NCBI GenBank assembly: GCA_965198065.1
Contig: CBDAON010000004.1
Location: 1,248,001-1,312,000 of the forward strand
DNA from: Longimicrobiales bacterium
GTDB lineage: Bacteria; Gemmatimonadota; Gemmatimonadetes; Longimicrobiales; Gaopeijiaceae
Direction: 5' to 3'
DNA length: 64,000 nucleotides
Numbering within the stretch: the first letter of the stretch is position 1; each line of letters opens with the position of its first letter. Below the pieces are notes generated by a model that saw nothing but the letters and a program-made list of their open reading frames with translations, searched no databases and was not told the DNA's origin. The translations under genes were made by a program, and so were the position numbers. Of the stretch, positions 54,591-64,000 are shown one piece after another.

Positions 54591-54784
54591 CGGGCGGCAC
54601 GGTCGGCGTTCGGCTCCTCCTCGTGGACGACGGTGAGTATCGGACCGTAGAGATCCAGGTTCCGGCGGCGGCGTTGGACCGTTATGAGCGTCTGATCGAT
54701 CTCCTCCAGGAGGAGCCGGAGGTGCTGAAGACGACGTACATCGACTTCGGGCGTCTCTGCACGGCCCAGTTGGTGGAGGGATAG
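54587..54784 (+). CDS. Small hypothetical protein, 65 aa
   Basis: GTGA overlap with the DsbA gene, globular-looking composition, high GC3. Confidence 0.65.
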   Translation: MTGGTVGVRLLLVDDGEYRTVEIQVPAAALDRYERLIDLLQEEPEVLKTTYIDFGRLCTAQLVEG

Positions 54785-54821
54785 CGGGTCGGCGAGGAGG
54801 GGGTGGCGTCCGGGTGGTACG

Positions 54822-55394
54822 TCACGCACTCACCGCTCCGAGGGCACGCTCCCGGGTCCACTCGCCGACCACCGGAGGGGGCCACCGGCCAGCCCGCGCC
54901 TCCTCGATCAGTCTTCGAGCCTCGTCCCTCCCACACGATGCCAGCGCCGGATCCACCCACCCCCGGTGCTCGGCGTAAATCAGCTCGTCCTCGTCCAGGA
55001 GGAGCGGCCTCGACGCGACTCCGGCCGTCCACTCCTCGCCGGGCAGCCATAGGTCCAAGAAGAGGTCCGTCGTGTGCCACACGCCGCCCGGCTCGAAGAC
55101 GCAGGGGACGAGCACGTTGGCGTAGATCCCCGTGAACGTGCCGTCCGCGAGGTGAAACCTTCCGATGTCGTGCCAGGCTCCGGGAAAGGTGAACCAGACG
55201 GCGTCCGAGCCCGACTCCAGGATGATCTGGTCGCCCACGCGCAGCGGCCGATCCAGACGCACGGCGCGGGCGAAGGTCACCTTCACGTCGCCCGGGTCGT
55301 AGACCAGATCCTGGACATACACGTCCGTCCGGTTCGGCGGACGCAAGTAATGGATTTGCACGGTCGGAGGGCCCCCGCCGGGAAGGCTGGGCAT
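54822..55394 (-). CDS. DUF402 domain protein
   Basis: WHDIGRF, GIYANV, TDLFLDLW, LLDEDEL; ATG 55394. Confidence 0.8.
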   Translation of the reverse strand: MPSLPGGGPPTVQIHYLRPPNRTDVYVQDLVYDPGDVKVTFARAVRLDRPLRVGDQIILESGSDAVWFTFPGAWHDIGRFHLADGTFTGIYANVLVPCVFEPGGVWHTTDLFLDLWLPGEEWTAGVASRPLLLDEDELIYAEHRGWVDPALASCGRDEARRLIEEARAGRWPPPVVGEWTRERALGAVSA

Positions 55395-55411
55395 CGTCCG
55401 GACCCCTGTTC

Positions 55412-57628
55412 CTAGCGGCCGCCCGGGCCAAGCGGGCGTGAGCTTCCTTCGGGGAACGCGTCGTAGAATCCGCGCTCCGAGCGGGCGAGCTCGTCCAGCA
55501 GGGGAGCGGGAGAGAATCGGGGGCCGGCCTCTTGCTCGTACTTCCGCAGCCGCTCGATGAGCGCGCGGGGGTGCTCCTCGTCCGCGAGCTTGAGGAGGCC
55601 GCCGCGGAACGGTGGGAACCCCGTGCCCATGACCATGGCGAGATCCACGTCGGCGGCGGAGGCGGCGATTCCCTCCTGGAGCGCCCGTGCGGCCTCGTTG
55701 ATCATGGAGAGGATCAGCCGGTCGCGAATCGCCTCCGCGGAGGGCTCCGGCCCCCGCTCCCTTGCGCCGCCCAGTCCGAGGGCGGCGTACACGGAGGGGT
55801 CCACTCCGGCCTCGTGGTCGTCTTCGTACCGGTAGAATCCCGACGCCCCCTTGCGGCCCAGCCTCCCAGCCTCCCCGATCGCGACGAGCGAGCGGGCCGG
55901 CTGGAGCCGGTCGCCGAACGCCCCGTGAAGGGCCGCTCCCGCGTGCTGCGCGACGTCGATCCCGATCTCGTCCACGAGCCGGAGCGGGCCCATGGGCATC
56001 CCGAAGGCGACGGCCACGCGGTCCACGTCTTCGATGGCCGCCCCACCGTCCAGGAGGTGGCCGGCCTCGTTCAGGTACGGACCGAGAATCCGATTCACGA
56101 GGAAACCGGGCCCGTCCCGGACCACGACGGGGACCTTCCCCAGCCGCAAGGCGAGCGCGTGGACGGTGGCCACGGCCGTGTCCGAGGTCGCCCGTCCGCG
56201 GACGATCTCCACCAGCGGCATGCGGTGGACCGGGTTGAAGAAGTGCATGCCGAGGAATCGTTCGGGATGCCCGAGCTCCCCGGCCAGGGCGTCCACGGCG
56301 AGGCTCGACGTGTTCGTCGCGAGGATGCACTCGTCCGATACGACGGCTTCGAGCTCGTGGAGCACGGACATCTTCACGTCGAGGCGCTCGACGACGGCCT
56401 CTACCACGAGCCCGACGGCGCCGAACCCCGAGTAATCCAGCCCGCCCGAGATGCGATCCATGGCCTGGGCGGCCGCCCGCCGGGAAAGCCTCCTCCGCTT
56501 CACCGCGGACTCGAACAGCCCCGATGCGTGCCGAAGCGCCATCCCGATTGCCTCGTGACGCACGTCCTTCACTCGGGCGCGTATCCCGCTGTACGCGGCG
56601 AGCTGCGCAATTCCACCCCCCATCACCCCTGCGCCGACGACGCCCACGGCCGCGAGCTCGGAGGGCCGGATCCCGCTCCCGCGGAACGGTCCCTTCTTTG
56701 CCGCTTCCCTCAGGCGGAACACGTGGACCAGGTTCTTCGACACCCTCGAGACGATCAGCTCACCGGCAGCCGTGGCCTCGATCTCGAGGGCCTGCTCCAC
56801 GCTGCCACCGCGAGAGCTCCGGAGGACCTCGAGGATGCGAAGGGGGGCGGGGTAGTGCCCGCCGGTGCGCTGGAGGACCCGCCGGCGCGCTCCTCTGAGG
56901 AGCACGCTCCGTCCCGGTGGAGTCTTCTCAAGAAGGAGGCCGCCGATGCCTCCCCGGGGCCGTCCGTTGGGGGCGCTCTCCACCGCCCTCCGGAGGAAGG
57001 TCATCGCTGTAGCGTGAAAGCCGCCGTAGGGCAGGACGTCGTCGGTCAACCCGACCCGGCGAGCCTTCCGGGGCCGGACCGGGTCGCCCGTCAGGAGCAT
57101 CTCGAGCGCCGCCCTGAGCCCGACGATGCGGGGAAGCCGGGTCGTGCCGCCCCACGCGGGAAGGATGCCCAGCTGAACCTCGGGAAGGCCGATCCGCGTC
57201 GACTCGTGATCCGATGCCACCCGGTAGCGGCACGCGAGCGCCAGCTCGGTGCCTCCCCCGAGGCACGGCCCGTGAATCGCCGCCACCGTGGGGATGGGCA
57301 GCCTCTCGAGCTCGAGATATATCGCCTGGCCCAGGCGCGCGGCTTCGGCGCCCTCGTCCGGGCTCTCGATCGCGGCAATCGCGTCGATGTCGGCGCCCAC
57401 GATGAAGGAGGCGGGCTTGCCGCTCGCGATGAGGACTCCTCGGATGGAGCCCTCTCGCGCCCGGGCGTCGAGCTCATGGACCAGCTCCGCCAGGCGAGCC
57501 ATCGCCGGCTCGTCCAGGACGTTTACGGAACGGTCTGGGGCGTTAAAGAGGACGGTCGCCAGCCCGTCGGTGTCGATCGAGAGGCGAGGAGAGGATCCGG
57601 GAGTGGGAACGCTCCCGGGGGGCAGCAA
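55412..57628 (-). CDS. fadJ: Fatty acid oxidation complex alpha subunit (enoyl-CoA hydratase / 3-hydroxyacyl-CoA dehydrogenase)
   Basis: GADI, GGGTE, GLPEV, GAGVMG, TNTSSL, GMHFFNP, GFPPFRGG; start approximate. Confidence 0.9.
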   Translation of the reverse strand: MLPPGSVPTPGSSPRLSIDTDGLATVLFNAPDRSVNVLDEPAMARLAELVHELDARAREGSIRGVLIASGKPASFIVGADIDAIAAIESPDEGAEAARLGQAIYLELERLPIPTVAAIHGPCLGGGTELALACRYRVASDHESTRIGLPEVQLGILPAWGGTTRLPRIVGLRAALEMLLTGDPVRPRKARRVGLTDDVLPYGGFHATAMTFLRRAVESAPNGRPRGGIGGLLLEKTPPGRSVLLRGARRRVLQRTGGHYPAPLRILEVLRSSRGGSVEQALEIEATAAGELIVSRVSKNLVHVFRLREAAKKGPFRGSGIRPSELAAVGVVGAGVMGGGIAQLAAYSGIRARVKDVRHEAIGMALRHASGLFESAVKRRRLSRRAAAQAMDRISGGLDYSGFGAVGLVVEAVVERLDVKMSVLHELEAVVSDECILATNTSSLAVDALAGELGHPERFLGMHFFNPVHRMPLVEIVRGRATSDTAVATVHALALRLGKVPVVVRDGPGFLVNRILGPYLNEAGHLLDGGAAIEDVDRVAVAFGMPMGPLRLVDEIGIDVAQHAGAALHGAFGDRLQPARSLVAIGEAGRLGRKGASGFYRYEDDHEAGVDPSVYAALGLGGARERGPEPSAEAIRDRLILSMINEAARALQEGIAASAADVDLAMVMGTGFPPFRGGLLKLADEEHPRALIERLRKYEQEAGPRFSPAPLLDELARSERGFYDAFPEGSSRPLGPGGR

Positions 57629-57630
57629 GG

Positions 57631-58560
57631 TCAGGGAAGGGCCCCCGTGAGCACGAACGGCTCTGGGTTCACCGGGCGGTCGTTCACCCGCACCTCGTAG
57701 TGGAGGTGGGGGGAGGTCGCGATGCCGGTGTTTCCGACCTGGGCGATCGCGTCGCCGCGGTTTACCACCTGGCCGCGTGAGACGAGGGACCGGGACGCGT
57801 GCCCGTAGAGCGTCATGTAGCCGTACCCGTGATCGATCTGCACGGTGAGCCCGTAACCCACCCGCGGCCCGACGAAGCTCACCCGCCCCTTGGCCGCGGC
57901 AAGGATGGGCGTCCCCATGGGCGCGGAGACGTCGATCCCCTCGTGCGGCAAAAGCTCGTGATGGATCGGGTGCAGGCGGGCGTTCGAGAAACCGGAGGTG
58001 AGGAGGCCGTCCGTCGGGAGGATCGAGGGGGTCGATTCCAGCAAGTCGCGGTGCGCCGCCAGCGAGTCCGACGCCTCGCTAAGGCTCTCGCTCAGGAGAC
58101 GCGAGCGGCGCTCCAGCGCGTTCAGGTCGTAAGTGATCGCGAACGCTCGAGCCCCCAGCTCGGGGTTTAGCCTGTAGAGGGGATGCTCGTCCAGGATCGG
58201 GGATCCCGGTCCACCGATCCCCACCTGGAGGACCTCCTCATCGATCCTCTCCAGACCAGCCAGGGTTCGAGTCTCGGCGTCCCGCTCCGCCACGAGCCGA
58301 AGCTGCCCCTCGAGCTGTTCGACCCGACCCTGGATCAGCCCGAGCTCCTCGATGAGGACAGAGTTCTCTCGTTCCAGCTGCGCGCTTCGAAGCGTGCGGC
58401 TCCCGTGGAACCCAATCAGGCCGATGCCGGTGAGGAGCCCGAGGCACGCGAGACCGACAGCTGCAACGGCGATGCGTGCGGTGCGGGTCCGGAACGTAAG
58501 CCGGCGGAGGTCGTCTCCTCTCTCCGAAACCAGGAGAAGCGTCCACTTGTCTCGAAGCAT
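57631..58560 (-). CDS. M23-family metallopeptidase with TM and coiled coil
   Basis: HEGID, YGH, PHLHYEV. Confidence 0.9.
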   Translation of the reverse strand: MLRDKWTLLLVSERGDDLRRLTFRTRTARIAVAAVGLACLGLLTGIGLIGFHGSRTLRSAQLERENSVLIEELGLIQGRVEQLEGQLRLVAERDAETRTLAGLERIDEEVLQVGIGGPGSPILDEHPLYRLNPELGARAFAITYDLNALERRSRLLSESLSEASDSLAAHRDLLESTPSILPTDGLLTSGFSNARLHPIHHELLPHEGIDVSAPMGTPILAAAKGRVSFVGPRVGYGLTVQIDHGYGYMTLYGHASRSLVSRGQVVNRGDAIAQVGNTGIATSPHLHYEVRVNDRPVNPEPFVLTGALP

Positions 58561-58734
58561 GGATCCAGCCGCTGTGCGGTGAACGGGCAAACCCCAGCGT
58601 CGGCGCGTTTCCCGACCTACTAGCGACACGCCCCGCCGCTCGGAGGTTGAGAAGCTACCGAGGCGCGGGATCAGGTGTCAACCGCGGCACGAGGCTCGGG
58701 TAGCGAGGTCCACTTGCCGGGGCCCCGAGTCTCG

Positions 58735-60291
58735 TCACGTCTCTTCGGTGCCCTGCCGGGATTTCGGGAACAGGGGCGGCATTTTCTGCACTCGGCGCCC
58801 CGCCGGAGCGAGCCCGGTGGCCTCGGCGAGCGGGAGGGCGCCCTGGAGCCCCAGGCCCACGGACAGCTCGTCCATCTTCCGTGGCATCGCGGGAAAGAAC
58901 AGGGCCGAGAGGACCGCGAGGGCGCGAGTGAGCGAGGCCAGGACCCCGTCCAGCTCCCCCGCCCGAGCCGGATCCTTCGCAAGGGCCCACGGCTCGCTCG
59001 TCTCCACGTACCCGTTCACCAGGCGCGCCAGGTCCATGGCCGCATCCAGAGCTTCGTGGACGCGGAGGCCGGACATGGCCCTGTGGAACCGCTCGAGCGC
59101 GGAGCGGATCGGTCCGTCGAGGCCGGTCGGATCGCCGTTCGGCACCACTCCGTCCCGGTACCGGACGACCATCGACAGCACCCGGCTCGCCAGGTTTCCC
59201 AGCACGTTGGCGAGCTCATCGTAGCGGGCCAGGAAGCGCTCCGGAGTATACGACGCGTCCGAGCCCGTGGGCATCTCCCTCAAGAGATACCAGCGGAGCG
59301 CGTCGGTCCCGTATTCCTCCCGAAGGTCGAGCGGGTCCACCACGTTGCCGAGCGACTTAGACATCTTGTCCCGCCCCACGACCCACCACCCGTGCGCCAG
59401 GATCCTCCGCGGGAGGGGAAGCCCCGCGCCCATCAGGAGGGTGGGCCAATTCGCGGCGTGAAAAGTGACGATGTCCTTTCCCACGATGTGCAGGTCTGCC
59501 GGCCAGCGAGAGCCCGATACGTCGTCGAACCCCCGGTCGTCTGGCGGGGCCTCCGGGTGGATCGCCCCCGAAGCCGTTACGTAGTTGATGAGGGCCTCCA
59601 CCCAGACGTAGATCGTCTGGTCCGGGTCGAACGGAAGCGGGATCCCCCAGCTCACGCGCGCCCGCGGACGGGAGATCGACAGGTCCGAGAGGGGCTTCTG
59701 GAGGAAGCCCAGGATCTCGTTCCTCCGCGACTGCGGGACGATCCAATCCGGGTTCGCCTCTATGTGCCGGACGAGGTCGTCCTGGAATCGGCTCATGCGG
59801 AAGAAGTAGTTCTTCTCCTCGATCTCGCGAACCGCCCGCCCGCAGCTCGAGCAGGTGCCGTCCGGACCCAGGTCCTTCTCGGTCCAGAACCGCTCCTCGT
59901 GGACGCAGTACCACCCCCGGTACGTGTCCGCGTACACGTGCCCGCGCTCGTTCAGGCGGTCGAGGAACGCGGCGACAACGGCGCGGTGATCGGCGTCGGT
60001 GGTCCGGATGAAGCGATCGTACCCTATGTCCAGCCGCTCCCAGGCGCTCCGGAAGCGGGCGGCCATCTCGTCGCAGAGCTGGATGGGGGTAAGCCCCCTC
60101 TTCTCCGCCTCCTCCTGGATCTTCTGACCGTGCTCGTCCGTGCCGGTCAGGAGGAGGACGTCGGCTCCGGCCTGTCGATGGTATCGGGCGACAGCATCCG
60201 CGAGGAGGGTCGTATACGCGTGCCCGATGTGGGGCTCGCCGTTCGCGTAGTAGATGGGGGTGGTGATGTACCTCCGATCCGGTGGGATCAC
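58735..60291 (-). CDS. metG: Methionine--tRNA ligase, short form
   Basis: GTG 60291 (GTGA overlap); YITTPIYY, HIGH, GTDEHG, KMSKS; no C-terminal dimerisation domain. Confidence 0.95.
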   Translation of the reverse strand: MIPPDRRYITTPIYYANGEPHIGHAYTTLLADAVARYHRQAGADVLLLTGTDEHGQKIQEEAEKRGLTPIQLCDEMAARFRSAWERLDIGYDRFIRTTDADHRAVVAAFLDRLNERGHVYADTYRGWYCVHEERFWTEKDLGPDGTCSSCGRAVREIEEKNYFFRMSRFQDDLVRHIEANPDWIVPQSRRNEILGFLQKPLSDLSISRPRARVSWGIPLPFDPDQTIYVWVEALINYVTASGAIHPEAPPDDRGFDDVSGSRWPADLHIVGKDIVTFHAANWPTLLMGAGLPLPRRILAHGWWVVGRDKMSKSLGNVVDPLDLREEYGTDALRWYLLREMPTGSDASYTPERFLARYDELANVLGNLASRVLSMVVRYRDGVVPNGDPTGLDGPIRSALERFHRAMSGLRVHEALDAAMDLARLVNGYVETSEPWALAKDPARAGELDGVLASLTRALAVLSALFFPAMPRKMDELSVGLGLQGALPLAEATGLAPAGRRVQKMPPLFPKSRQGTEET

Positions 60292-61118
60292 GATCCGGCC
60301 TTCACCTCCGCCGTAAGCTCGTCGAGCGGCACGGTGCGGCGCTCCCCGTCCCCTCCTCGCAGGGTGACGGTCTCGCCCCAGATGTCCACCAAGACCACGT
60401 TCTCCTCCCCTCGCCCCGTTCGGAGTGTCTTCCCCTCCCTGGGGAAGCGCCTCCGGGCCTGTACGTAGGTTTCGTGCTCGTACATCAGGCAGCACATGAG
60501 GCGCCCGCAGCAGCCCGAGATCTGCGCCGGGTTCAGGGAAAGCTTCTGGTCCTTTGCGAGCTGGAGGGAGACGGGCTTGAGCTCAGGAAGCCAGGTCGAG
60601 CAGCAGAGCTCCCGGCCACACCGCCCCACCCCTCCCAGGAGCGCGGCCTCCTCCCGGGCGCCGATCTGCCGCAGCTCGATCCGGGTCCGGAAGGCCTTCG
60701 CCAGCTGCCTCACGAGCTCCCGGAAATCCACCCTGCGATCCGCCGTGAAGTAGATCGTGAGCTTCTTCCGATCGAACTGCCACTCCGCCTCGGTGACCTT
60801 CATGTTGAGCTGGAGCTTTTGGACGTGCGCGCGGGTCTCGGTGCGGACGCACTGCTCGTCCCTGCGGAGGCTCTCGATCTGGCGCACCTCCTCGGCCCGC
60901 GCCGTGCGGAGGATCTGCTGGGCGGGGACCGGTGTCGAGCACCTGCTGGATGAGGCGCACTTGCGCTCCGCCACCTGGCCCAGGGCGAGGACCTCGCCGA
61001 GATCCTCGCCGCGCTCCACTCCCACGATCACGTGCTCCCCCACCCGGAGATCCAGGTCCGTCGCCGTGAAACACTCCTTGCGTGTCCCCTTGAACCCGAC
61101 TTCGGCAAAGGTGCGCAT
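60288..61118 (-). CDS. ricT: PSP1-domain / RicT (YaaT) family Fe-S protein
   Basis: RVDFRELV, RIELRQIG, CGRELCC, QISGCCGRLMCCL.YE. Confidence 0.88.
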   Translation of the reverse strand: MRTFAEVGFKGTRKECFTATDLDLRVGEHVIVGVERGEDLGEVLALGQVAERKCASSSRCSTPVPAQQILRTARAEEVRQIESLRRDEQCVRTETRAHVQKLQLNMKVTEAEWQFDRKKLTIYFTADRRVDFRELVRQLAKAFRTRIELRQIGAREEAALLGGVGRCGRELCCSTWLPELKPVSLQLAKDQKLSLNPAQISGCCGRLMCCLMYEHETYVQARRRFPREGKTLRTGRGEENVVLVDIWGETVTLRGGDGERRTVPLDELTAEVKAGS

Positions 61119-61181
61119 CTCGATATCTCCGCTGCGGCCGGGCGCTGAACGCGCGCGCCGCCGTATTGGTGCAAGGCATCT

Positions 61182-62162
61182 CTACTGAGACCGCCCGCCG
61201 CCCCCGTCCGTCCACGCGCCCAGGGCCTCGAACTTGCGCCAGCGCTTCTGCCTCCGGTCCTGCGCCTCCATACCCTTCAGCTGCTCTAGGTGCGGGGCAA
61301 GCGCCACCCTGACGGACGCCGCCGTACCTGCCCAGTCGGTGTGAGCGCCCCCGGGGGGCTCGTCGATCACCTCATCCACGACCCCGAGGCGGAGCAGGTC
61401 GCCGGACGTGAGCTTCAGGGCCTCGGCCGCCTGATCGCGGTACTCCGCCGACCGCCACAGAATCGCGGCGCACCCCTCCGGGGAGATCACGGAGTAGATG
61501 GAATGCTCGAGCATGAGGATCCGGTCGGTCACGCCGAGCGCCAGGGCCCCCCCTGAGCCCCCTTCCCCGATCACGACCGAGATGGTTGGGACCCGAAGTC
61601 GGGCCATCTCCCGGAGGTTCGTGGCAATGGCCTCCGCCTGTCCCCGCTTCTCGGCCCCGATCCCGGGGTAGGCGCCCGGCGTGTCGATGAGCGTCACCAC
61701 GGGACGGCCGAACTTCTCGGCGGTTCGCATCAGACGGAGCGCCTTCCGGTATCCCTCGGGGTGGGGCATCCCGAAGTTCCGATGGAGGTTCTCCTTCATG
61801 TCCCGGCCCTTCTGGTGCCCGATCACCATGACAGGGCTCCCCTCCAGGCGTGCCCACCCGCCTACGATCGCGGCGTCGTCCCTGAAGGAGCGGTCCCCGT
61901 GGAGCTCGATCCAGTCCGTGAACGTTCGGACGACGTAGTCCAGGGTGTAGGGCCGACGAGGGTGCCTGGCAACCTGAACCTGCTCGATCGCGGAGAGGTT
62001 CCGGAAGGTGTCCTCCTGGAGCCTCGCCAGCCTGGAGCGCAGGTCTCTGAGCTCGGCCGACACGTCGACTCCCTTCTTCTCGGCGAGATCGAGTAGGTGC
62101 TCGATCTTGTCCTGGACTTCGACGATGTCGCGCTCGAACTCGAGGTAGGGGGTGCCGGGCAA
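61182..62162 (-). CDS. accA: Acetyl-CoA carboxylase carboxyltransferase alpha subunit
   Basis: YLEFE, ARHPRRP, ELHGDR, DTPGAYPG, GEGGSGGAL; TTG 62162 with SD GGAGG. Confidence 0.95.
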   Translation of the reverse strand: MPGTPYLEFERDIVEVQDKIEHLLDLAEKKGVDVSAELRDLRSRLARLQEDTFRNLSAIEQVQVARHPRRPYTLDYVVRTFTDWIELHGDRSFRDDAAIVGGWARLEGSPVMVIGHQKGRDMKENLHRNFGMPHPEGYRKALRLMRTAEKFGRPVVTLIDTPGAYPGIGAEKRGQAEAIATNLREMARLRVPTISVVIGEGGSGGALALGVTDRILMLEHSIYSVISPEGCAAILWRSAEYRDQAAEALKLTSGDLLRLGVVDEVIDEPPGGAHTDWAGTAASVRVALAPHLEQLKGMEAQDRRQKRWRKFEALGAWTDGGGGRSQ

Positions 62163-62188
62163 CGCGCCTCCACGGTTTCCGGGAATCG

Positions 62189-63342
62189 CTATACTAACTT
62201 GCTCTCCTCGGCCGGGAGAAGGGAAACGGCCCCCAGCCACGAGGGTGGATCCCCGCGGATGACCTCGAACGGCTCGGCGGGGCTCCCGTCCTCGAACCTT
62301 CCCCAGAACCGGGCGCCCAGGGCCACCCGGTCGGCCGAGAGATGCGCTCCCCCGGACGCGTCGAACGAATCCAGGGCCTCGAGCTTCTGATCCAGCGTCG
62401 TCGCGATCCGCACGAAAGCCGTCGGGTGAAAGTCCGGGGTCGAGTCCCCCGGGTCGTACGCGTAGACTGCGGGCGCCCCCGTTGCCTCCGACATCACGTC
62501 TTCCTGGATCAGCTGGAGCGAAGGCTCGGGGTGATTGAGCGTGGGAACGTAGACCAGGTCGGGCCGGATCTCGGTCAGCGCCCCCCTCACCAGGCGCCGG
62601 AGATCGTCCTCGAGGGGTTCATCTCCCGATCCTGCGTTCCCCACGAAGAAGCGGATCCCCATCGCGCGTCCAGCGGCCTTGGAATGGTCCCTCCGACTCA
62701 CGCCGGGCGGCGCCGGGTGCCCGTGCGTGAGGGTGAGAAGGATCACGCGGTCTCCCCGGTCGCGGTGGCGGAGGAGCGTCCCCCCGCAGCCGGCTTCCGC
62801 GTCTCCCGGTCTCACGCTCACCGCCAGGACGCGGAGCTGCCGGGGACCCTGGTCGGCGCTACGCTCCTCAGGAGGTGAACGGCTCGCCCGCGGGGACGTC
62901 GGGATGGGCGTGACCGGGGGGGCCGGAGGTCCCGATCCGTCTGGGAGAGGCCCGCGACGCCTCACGAGGGCCTCGACCTTCGCGAGGAGCTCGTCCTTCT
63001 CCAGGGGCTTGATCAGGACGTCCGTGGCTCCCTTCCGGAGCGCTTCCTCCGCGTACTGCGGACCCGAGTACCCCGTCGTGGCGAGAATGGGCGTGTCGGG
63101 CTGGGTGGTGCGAGCGGCCTCGACGACCGCCATCCCGTCCACGCCGGGAAGATTCAGGTCGGTGATCACCAGATCCCAGTCCGAATCCCGCACCAGGAGG
63201 GAGCCACGGAGCCCGTCCTGGGCGAGGGTGACCGCATAGCGTCCCTGGTCCTCAAGGAGGAACTTGACAGGTGGGCCTGATCGAGGTCGTCCTCCACGAG
63301 GAGGACCCTCTGGCATTGATTCGAGGTGCGACCCTGCTGCAT
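62189..63342 (-). CDS. Response regulator receiver fused to a PIG-L/LmbE-like domain; frameshift at about 63268
   Basis: RVLLVEDD (frame from ATG 63342), ITDLNLPG, TTG, IKP, Pro-rich linker, then GCGGTL, PDLVY, KLEAL, ARFWG, AEPFE. Confidence 0.8.
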
Positions 63343-63418
63343 ATGTCCCGCGCGCTGGAGGCTCAGCCCGTCGACCGGTAACCCGGGGGGACTAATCTAC
63401 CGGGAGTCGCGCCGGCGG

Positions 63419-64000
63419 TCACTCCATCCGGCTTTCGGGGCCACCCGCCAGCCCGAGGGCGCCGTCGGGGGGAGGGGTGGCGTCGGGCGCTTCCGGCTCG
63501 GAGACACGCCGTCGCAGCGCGGGCTCCGGGACGAGGAACCAGACGAGAAGCCCCATTCCCAGCACGGAAGCCCCTGCGAGCAGGGTGGTGGACGCGTACC
63601 CTCCTCCCGCGTACAGGAGGCCCGATCCGCCGCCGCCGACCGCGAACCCCACCTGACCGAGAGCTACCGTTAGCGAGAGGAGGATCCCACGCTGTTTCTC
63701 GCTCACGAGCGCGGTGAGGAGAGCGGAGAAGGGGCCGATCCGCATCGCGACGAGACCCATGATCAGGAAGAAGTAGGGGTAGGCCACCCAGAAGTCGCGA
63801 ATGACCACGGTGGTGAGCGCCATCACAATCGAGAGGCACGCGCAGGACCAGAGGATGATCCCCTTTCGTCCCACCCGGTCCGAGATGCGGCCCGCCTGGG
63901 GTCCCACGAGAACGTTCGCAACTCCGCCGACGAGGAAGAGTGACGCGATCTGGTTCGCTGTCGCACCGATGTCCCGCTCAAGCCACGTGGGGAGGTAGAC
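63419..64000 (-). CDS. MFS transporter, C-terminal half (gene starts right of the window)
   Basis: Motif A-like GRISDRVGRK, multiple TM helices, frame open to the window edge. Confidence 0.85.
   Translation of the reverse strand, partial: VYLPTWLERDIGATANQIASLFLVGGVANVLVGPQAGRISDRVGRKGIILWSCACLSIVMALTTVVIRDFWVAYPYFFLIMGLVAMRIGPFSALLTALVSEKQRGILLSLTVALGQVGFAVGGGGSGLLYAGGGYASTTLLAGASVLGMGLLVWFLVPEPALRRRVSEPEAPDATPPPDGALGLAGGPESRME

Overview
GC-rich bacterial chromosome segment, mostly core genome. Gene content and protein style suggest a diderm with LPS, possibly Gemmatimonadota (inference). Left part: partial ABC exporter, two glycosyltransferases (one frameshifted), Omp85-family protein, NHL/PAL-like beta-propeller, lipoprotein, Nudix hydrolase, a 10-gene Mrp Na+/H+ antiporter operon, tkt-leuS, aminopeptidase and waaA-rhodanese. 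Middle: ABC half-exporter, hisGDCHABF(IE) operon, glnS-YqeY, uvrA and a GldA/GldF-G/DUF4340 ABC system. Right part: gltBD with a LysR regulator, gyrA, HAD, DsbA, DUF402, fadJ, M23 peptidase, metG, ricT, accA, a REC-PIG-L fusion and a partial MFS transporter. I found no tRNA, rRNA, CRISPR array or mobile element. Most notable signals: (1) a complete histidine attenuator whose His-rich leader peptide appears to be leaderless, in front of his enzymes that look archaeal-type; (2) an unclassified ~125-nt structured RNA bounded by a promoter and terminator upstream of the Gld-like ABC operon; (3) a response regulator fused to a PIG-L domain that has lost its metal ligands; (4) a uORF with a repeated RSYGA motif ahead of the PAL-like gene; (5) three motif-supported frameshifts that are either pseudogenes or assembly indels. 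All family calls come from motif recognition by eye, not database searches.
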